From Candidatus Heimdallarchaeota archaeon (GTDB lineage Archaea; Asgardarchaeota; Heimdallarchaeia; JABLTI01), in contig JAUWKS010000052.1 of the NCBI GenBank assembly GCA_030614005.1, positions 1 to 23,137 on the forward strand: 23,137 nucleotides of DNA, in the 5' to 3' direction. This document shows positions 18,253-23,137 of this stretch, piece by piece. The notes under the pieces were generated by a model, which had not been told where the DNA came from, did no database searches, and was given only the letters and a program-made list of their open reading frames with translations. How positions within the stretch are numbered: the stretch's first letter is position 1; every line of letters starts with the position of its first letter. The position numbers and the translations under genes are program-made.

Positions 18253-18413
18253 GAATCTTCCACCAAATAACTGCTTTTCTAGATTGTAATAATTTTATTG
18301 TGATTTCTTAAAATATAAAGCTATTCGTTTAAGCATTTTATTTTTACCATAAATAAAAGATTGAAACAAGTACCGATAAAAATGAAAAGAGAAGAAAAAA
18401 TCAGCTAAAGAAC

Positions 18414-19217
18414 TTAGTGGATTTTTTCTATTGAAACATTCAATCTATCAAGTATTTTTGACATTTCGGCAATTTCAGTAACGGAGATAACTTTTAGTTT
18501 ATTTCTAAATACACTTGAGTTTAGCTCAGAAGCACTCTTGTATATTTGTCTTCTACGCCATACAGTAGGATCAGGGTGATAGAAGAGAATGGAAAGAGTA
18601 CTTTTGTTTTTATCGGCAACTAAGAAAACATCACCGGCTGGAATCTTTTTACCAATTAATTCTTTAGGTTGTCCATCTTCTAAGAGAGTGAATATTCTTG
18701 GAAGTTTTCCTGAAAAGAGCATGCCCATTTTCTTTGAAAGATCTTGGAGGTTGGCAAATGTTAAATCTTTTTCAGAAGTGATATCTCGAACAATAACTGA
18801 GAAATAGGGTTTAATAAGACCGTAAGCATCAAGAATCTCTCGAGTATAATCTTCTTTAAAGAGTAAAAAGAGAATACACTTTCTTCCATATTCTAAAATT
18901 CTATCATCAGTTGACGCTTCTGCTTCGACATCAAAAGTAATTGCCACTGCACGTAAACTAGGTTCACCCGGAACTGGGAGAGGACCAAATGATTTTTTGT
19001 CATCCATAGTATCAAACATTTGCTTTTTCTTCTCTTCCATAGTCTTTCCTGAGGAACCTTCATCAAGACCTACAATTGTCATACCTTCTACTGCTAATGT
19101 GAGTGTTTGTTCATCAGTTAGTGGAGTATCATTGTATGGGACCGCAGGGCCTGTATCCTCAAAGGTCACAAAAACAATTCCAAGCAAATGCTCCTTTTGT
19201 GATTCAAATCCAATCAT
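18414..19217 (-). CDS. Putative uDENN/longin-like domain fused to a C-terminal gelsolin-like domain
   Basis: aa 11-168: GIVFVTFEDTGP resembles the uDENN/NPRL2-type 'F....GP' opening, and the predicted order is bb-a-bbb-aa. aa 173-260: RIF...GDVFLVAD...WRRRQI...ASEL...KVISVTE...ILDRL follows gelsolin-repeat spacing. Alignment by eye only. Confidence 0.55.
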   Translation of the reverse strand: MIGFESQKEHLLGIVFVTFEDTGPAVPYNDTPLTDEQTLTLAVEGMTIVGLDEGSSGKTMEEKKKQMFDTMDDKKSFGPLPVPGEPSLRAVAITFDVEAEASTDDRILEYGRKCILFLLFKEDYTREILDAYGLIKPYFSVIVRDITSEKDLTFANLQDLSKKMGMLFSGKLPRIFTLLEDGQPKELIGKKIPAGDVFLVADKNKSTLSILFYHPDPTVWRRRQIYKSASELNSSVFRNKLKVISVTEIAEMSKILDRLNVSIEKIH

Positions 19218-19312
19218 TTCAAATTTTCATCCTTTAATTATTAGTTTCTAATCCTTCTTTCTCTCGCTTACTAACACATTATTTTAACATTACTTGTCCT
19301 TAATAAAAATTC

Positions 19313-20293
19313 CTAAACGGATATTATTTCATCAATATTTTTACTTTCTTCAATAAGGTTCTCAATAGCAATTCTTCCTTCTTCGCCTTCTGTGAGGAAA
19401 ATATCCAAAACCATTTCAGCTATTTGTTTTGCTTTTCCAATAGCTCCACCACGTTCCACAAAAAGACAACAAATCTTTTGGTTTCTGGAGACAAGAACCA
19501 TCGAATAATCCCCGACAGTCACAACATCCAAGAAACTGGAATCTTTAAAGAGTGTTCGGGTCATTGAATTTAACGCAGAGAGCAAACCAGTGATAAGAAC
19601 AGCATCTTGAGTATCATCCATAATATTAGAGAATTGAGCATCAAAATCAAGCAAACCATTAACGTCATAAATAAGCACTCTATGAATAGTGACATATTCA
19701 TGATAACCGTCGTAGTGCATAAGTTTTGAAATAAACCAATCGAATCCACGATATATGCCTTCTCCAGTCAAAATAGTGCAGATTTCGAAATGAAAGGAAC
19801 GGGGATCAGTGGGAGAGGAAATTTTTGCTAAATCGAAATAACTCAAAACTTTGCTAAGATTAACTTTATTTTCTGGGCTTTTTTTATTCACTAAGGTAAG
19901 TAAGGGAACATTAGAAGGTATTTTTTCTATTATTCTATGGAAAGGTTCAACAGATTTTCTAAGAGATTCATCGGATTCTCCGTTTAAAACATAGACAATG
20001 CCATCTGCAATTGAAAGAAAATAATCAATTACCTTTTCATCGTTTAAAATCTCTTTTCCAATATCGATGAGTTTAAACCACTCTTGACCATAAGAGATGT
20101 CAATCCAATTGAGAACTGTATCAGGAAAGACTTTGTCTCTGTTTGATGAAAGCAGATAATAAAGAGTAGTTGTTTTTCCGGAACCTTGTTCTCCAATAAG
20201 TAGCACCCAAGGAATTTTATGGTTCTCTTTACTCAAGTAGTTGATAAAGGATTCAATTGCTTTTTTTGGTGCTTTCATATTTAGAACATCCAT
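19313..20293 (-). CDS. Degenerate Arf-like GTPase domain fused to a C-terminal longin-like domain
   Basis: G1 GEQGSGKTT intact; G3 IDIGKE, G4 NKKS and G5 CTI degenerate; Arf-type TGEGIYRGFDWF. C-terminal IHRVLIYD-GLL...DAVLITGLLSAL...LDVVTVGDY longin pattern. Confidence 0.75.
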   Translation of the reverse strand: MDVLNMKAPKKAIESFINYLSKENHKIPWVLLIGEQGSGKTTTLYYLLSSNRDKVFPDTVLNWIDISYGQEWFKLIDIGKEILNDEKVIDYFLSIADGIVYVLNGESDESLRKSVEPFHRIIEKIPSNVPLLTLVNKKSPENKVNLSKVLSYFDLAKISSPTDPRSFHFEICTILTGEGIYRGFDWFISKLMHYDGYHEYVTIHRVLIYDVNGLLDFDAQFSNIMDDTQDAVLITGLLSALNSMTRTLFKDSSFLDVVTVGDYSMVLVSRNQKICCLFVERGGAIGKAKQIAEMVLDIFLTEGEEGRIAIENLIEESKNIDEIISV

Positions 20294-20436
20294 TTTCTAC
20301 TTTGCCTTGTCAGTCAGTTAGTAAAGCAAATTTTGTTTTCATATTGATAAAATGTAGTTCCAAATAAATGCTTATCGGTATATCTCCTAACATAGGAATA
20401 TGCTTAAAATTAAAAGAAGAAAATAAAAAAGAGGTA

Positions 20437-21396
20437 CTAAATAGAATCCAATGGGAAATAATTAGAGATAACTTCTTGAAGTGAAATACTTAAACCTTTA
20501 AGATATTGCATTTCAATTGCTTCAAAAATTCTGCTGGAAATAGTTAAAACTCTACTGACAGGATCATTAACGTCGATCAACATGCCCATAACAAAGAGCT
20601 TATTTTTGGTAATCACAAGTTGATAATCTTTCATAATCTCAAGAACAGTGACAGCTTCGTCATAATCTCTCATTTGCTTAGCGAATCGTTCAGTTTCTCT
20701 AATAGATTCACGATAGGCTGTAGCAACATTTGCTTGTTGCGTAGGACTGCCAAAAATACATTGATCTAATTCTTTGCCATTAGAATCAAAGGCAACAGCT
20801 GAAAATATTTTAACATGCCAAGTGGGAATAGCTTGATCTTTGGTACCAATATCAACTAACCAATCCCAAGCAGGAAACAAACCTTCACCTGTAAGAGCAG
20901 AACAACGAAACATGTTAAATGGACGATCAAGACGAATCATTTGTTGAAGATCTAAAGCTTCCATAACTTCTACAGAAGTAGCAGCATCCTCTTTGTCAGA
21001 CTTATTAGCTAAGAAAAGAACAGGTGCATTAGGATCAGTGTTTTCTAAAGTCTCATAGAAAACCTCTTTGGCTAAATTAAATCTTTTTTGATCAGCAGCA
21101 TCAACAACAAAAACAATCGTTTGAGCTTTAGTAACAAACTTCTTCCAAAGGGTCTTGCGAATCGGAGCGTGCCCACCTAAATCCCATACGACAAACTCTA
21201 GTGTTCTATATCTATATACTTCAATATTTACTCCGAATGTTGGTTTTGACAGAGTGTATTCTGATCTTAGTATTCTTCTCACTATTGTTGTTTTTCCTGC
21301 TGCATCTAAGCCTATTATTGCTACATGTTGTTTTGATGATGCATCATCACCTGTTTTTTTCTTGTCGGCGCTGATCAATCTTCGAAGGAAACTCAC
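20437..21396 (-). CDS. Arf/Sar1-like small GTPase fused to a C-terminal longin-like domain (GTG start)
   Basis: N-terminal amphipathic MSFLRRLIS, GLDAAGKTT, PTFGVNIE, WDLGGH, LWKKF, FVVDAAD..RF, NKSD, CSALTGEGL...DWL. About 125-aa C-terminal bb-a-bbb-aa domain. GGAG upstream. Confidence 0.88.
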   Translation of the reverse strand: MSFLRRLISADKKKTGDDASSKQHVAIIGLDAAGKTTIVRRILRSEYTLSKPTFGVNIEVYRYRTLEFVVWDLGGHAPIRKTLWKKFVTKAQTIVFVVDAADQKRFNLAKEVFYETLENTDPNAPVLFLANKSDKEDAATSVEVMEALDLQQMIRLDRPFNMFRCSALTGEGLFPAWDWLVDIGTKDQAIPTWHVKIFSAVAFDSNGKELDQCIFGSPTQQANVATAYRESIRETERFAKQMRDYDEAVTVLEIMKDYQLVITKNKLFVMGMLIDVNDPVSRVLTISSRIFEAIEMQYLKGLSISLQEVISNYFPLDSI

Positions 21397-21437
21397 TCTT
21401 TTTTTATCTCCAGTTTTTTCTATGCTGTCTTTCTTAT

Positions 21438-21461
21438 TATCTTTAATACCTATCTTTAATA
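21438..21461. repeat. Tandem 11-bp direct repeat TATCTTTAATA x2 (13-bp period) upstream of the GTPase cluster
   Basis: Copies at 21438-21448 and 21451-21461, separated by CC, read directly. Confidence 0.6.
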
Positions 21462-21468
21462 AGAATTT

Positions 21469-21476
21469 CTTATATA
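21469..21476 (-). promoter_or_regulatory. Putative TATA box for the Arf-like GTPase gene
   Basis: TATATAAG on the minus strand preceded by an A-rich BRE-like stretch, about 73 nt upstream of the GTG. Confidence 0.4.
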
Positions 21477-21719
21477 TTTTTACTGTTTATTGTTTTTTTT
21501 TATGCTTAAAAAATCTTTAGCTATCCTCTTTTTTCTTCTTTTTTTTGTCAATAGGATTTTTTTCACTTCTTTTCCTTTTTTATGTTTTTTTCCTTTCTTT
21601 TTTCGGTCGTCTTCCGTTTCTCTCCAAAGAGGATGAATATTCAAAATCATACCATATCTGAACCTTTAAGAGAAGCAAAGAGAAAGAAAAGGCATACATT
21701 GAAAAGTTGATAGAGAAAA

Positions 21720-21869
21720 ATGACCGAAGTAATTTGTCCCCACTGTGAAGAACCATTAGGATTCGAAGATATTTGTTGTAATCCCGTTGGAAATGAGAAC
21801 ATTGAGAAAAAACCGTTAGTCTATTATTGTCCTAAATGTCGGAAAATCTTGGGATTTACCAATGATTAA
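21720..21869 (+). CDS. Small zinc-finger protein (49 aa, two CPxC motifs)
   Basis: Hand translation: MTEVICPHCEEPLGFEDICCNPVGNENIEKKPLVYYCPKCRKILGFTND*. Below the ORF-track length cutoff. Confidence 0.8.
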   Translation: MTEVICPHCEEPLGFEDICCNPVGNENIEKKPLVYYCPKCRKILGFTND

Positions 21870-21927
21870 AAGACCTTAATTTTTCAAAATAATTTTTATA
21901 ATAGTTTTACTTAAACAATTAACTGTT

Positions 21928-23137
21928 ATGAAGAAACCAAATATCCTCTTATTTCAGAACAGACAAATCGCTATTTCATACTTTGCCATCCTTTTTTCTT
22001 CCATTGGTTTAGGAATTGGTCGATTTTTATATCCTCTTCGATTCCTTGAATTGGGTGGAAACGAAGCATTGGTTTCTCTTGCAACAGTTGCTTTTTCCAT
22101 TGGTCAATTATTGGGAATATTTGTTCTTTCAAAACTTCTTGATAAAACAGGTTTTGAGTTTCTCATAGGGATAAGTTCATGGGTTCTTGCCATAGCTTTA
22201 CCTGTTATTCCTTGGTATCCAATAATGTTCTTTTCTAAATTCTTTGAGGGTCTTGGTTTTGGTATTTTAACGATTGCTGTTTTGACTCTCTGTTCTGCTG
22301 AAGCAAAAGAGTGCATTTCCGAGGGTATTGGAACCTTGTTAGGAGCGGTATTTTTAGGAACAGCTATCGGGCAAGGATTAGGTGGTTTAATGAAAACTTA
22401 TCTATTCGAAGTGTGGAATTTTTCAGGCAAGTTTTCAGCATTACAAATGAGCTTTTTGTTTGCGATTGCTATTTCATTCATTCCCATTTTCATTAGTTTA
22501 TACCAATCAATTAAAGCAAGAAAGATACTTGATCGAATGGATAAAATTTCACTAAGTCACATTCACTTTAAAGATTTAAAGAAACTCTTTCTTTTCCCTT
22601 TCTTTGTTTTCATGCTTATACTTTACAGTCTGTATGATTTATCACATGGTTTATACACACCAAATTTGCTTGTTATGTTTACCAATCACGGTTTCACTGA
22701 AGCAGAAACAGGTATTATTTTCTTCCTAGGAGATGCCGTTTGGGGTATTTCTCAAATCCTCACAGGAAAATTAGCTGATAGATTTGGTAATTGGCTTCCA
22801 ATAATACTCAGTATTATATTAAAAGGCACATTAGTTATTCTGTATCCACTTGCTCCTGGAATTTATATATTAGGAGCCGCCTTCGTTATTGTTGGTGTTG
22901 CTGAAGCGCTTATGGAACCAGCTCGAAATTGTGAAGTGTTAACAATTGAAGATCGCTTAATAATAGATGAGAAATATGCTTCTACAGAACACAAACACAA
23001 GCATATAAATTTCAGTTTTACTCGAGGACAAGGAATGCGGTTCGGCATTCACGCTCATTTCCATAATCATGGAATAAACAAAGGGTTGATTTTAGGTATC
23101 TTCCAAACAGCTGGTATTATCTCTTTTGGATTAGGTG
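21928..23137 (+). CDS. MFS transporter with a His-rich loop (3' end runs off the window)
   Basis: Open frame from ATG 21928 to the window end (403 codons). Repeated TM segments, KFFEGLGFG (TM4-like), TGKLADRFG (motif A, second half), AEALMEP, and loop HKHKH...HAHFHNH. Confidence 0.85.
   Translation, partial: MKKPNILLFQNRQIAISYFAILFSSIGLGIGRFLYPLRFLELGGNEALVSLATVAFSIGQLLGIFVLSKLLDKTGFEFLIGISSWVLAIALPVIPWYPIMFFSKFFEGLGFGILTIAVLTLCSAEAKECISEGIGTLLGAVFLGTAIGQGLGGLMKTYLFEVWNFSGKFSALQMSFLFAIAISFIPIFISLYQSIKARKILDRMDKISLSHIHFKDLKKLFLFPFFVFMLILYSLYDLSHGLYTPNLLVMFTNHGFTEAETGIIFFLGDAVWGISQILTGKLADRFGNWLPIILSIILKGTLVILYPLAPGIYILGAAFVIVGVAEALMEPARNCEVLTIEDRLIIDEKYASTEHKHKHINFSFTRGQGMRFGIHAHFHNHGINKGLILGIFQTAGIISFGLG

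Noticed and set aside
18414-19217. Full tripartite DENN GEF or a Sec23/24 ortholog
   Set aside because: Only about 165 aa precede the gelsolin-like part, so there is no room for cDENN/dDENN, and there is no zinc finger or vWA trunk.
9910-19251. Short ORFs 9910-10113, 12489-12725, 13449-13673, 15175-15369, 15522-15743, 16516-16788, 17831-18028, 18589-18807, 18997-19251
   Set aside because: Shadow or alternate-frame ORFs over confident genes, with no independent support.
19313-20293. Pseudogene call for the degenerate GTPase
   Set aside because: The frame is intact, the P-loop and longin domain are well formed, and there is no frameshift or internal stop.
19313-21396. Calling the two GTPase fusions Rag (Gtr1/Gtr2) orthologs
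   Set aside because: The G motifs of the intact copy are Arf/Sar1-type, and the C-terminal domains read as bb-a-bbb-aa (longin) rather than roadblock. Kept as an analogy only.
21589-21692. Long hairpin, ncRNA or replication origin formed by the pyrimidine and purine tracts
   Set aside because: Only short low-complexity complementarity (for example TTTCTCT/AGAGAAA). No ORB-like repeats or cdc6/orc1 gene seen.
21155-23048. ORFs 21155-21520, 22104-22316, 22311-22496, 22863-23048
   Set aside because: They overlap the Arf-like GTPase or the long MFS frame that the track missed.
1-23137. CRISPR arrays, tRNA/rRNA genes, transposases or defence systems
   Set aside because: No regularly spaced repeats, GC-rich structured RNA segments or matching protein motifs were seen by eye. 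A covariance-model scan was not possible.

Overview
Gene-dense, AT-rich (roughly one-third GC by eye) archaeal chromosomal window. The cluster of eukaryote-like small GTPase, longin and gelsolin genes suggests an Asgard archaeon (inference from gene content). The left and middle parts carry metabolic, transport and regulatory genes: RDD protein (partial), amidohydrolase, FAD glycerol-3-phosphate dehydrogenase, an alpha/beta hydrolase with Cys at the nucleophile elbow, Atg22/UMF1-type MFS, M20 peptidase, Lrp/AsnC regulator, a 4-gene ABC-2 exporter, a 3-PAS histidine kinase, a double-zinc-ribbon CPBP protease and a hydrogenase maturation protease. The highlight is a co-oriented minus-strand cluster at 17731-21396 with four genes: (1) an Arf-like GTPase with a Sar1-type switch-II His, fused to a longin-like domain; (2) a degenerate Arf-like paralog, also longin-fused; (3) a putative uDENN/longin-gelsolin fusion protein; (4) a Rab-like GTPase. 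This looks like a candidate proto-trafficking or actin-linked GTPase relay. Three genes missing from the ORF track were read by hand: the RDD gene (1-522), a 49-aa zinc-finger gene (21720-21869) and an MFS with a His-rich loop (21928 to the window end). No rRNA, tRNA, CRISPR array or mobile element was seen. All family calls come from motif recognition by eye; no searches were run.
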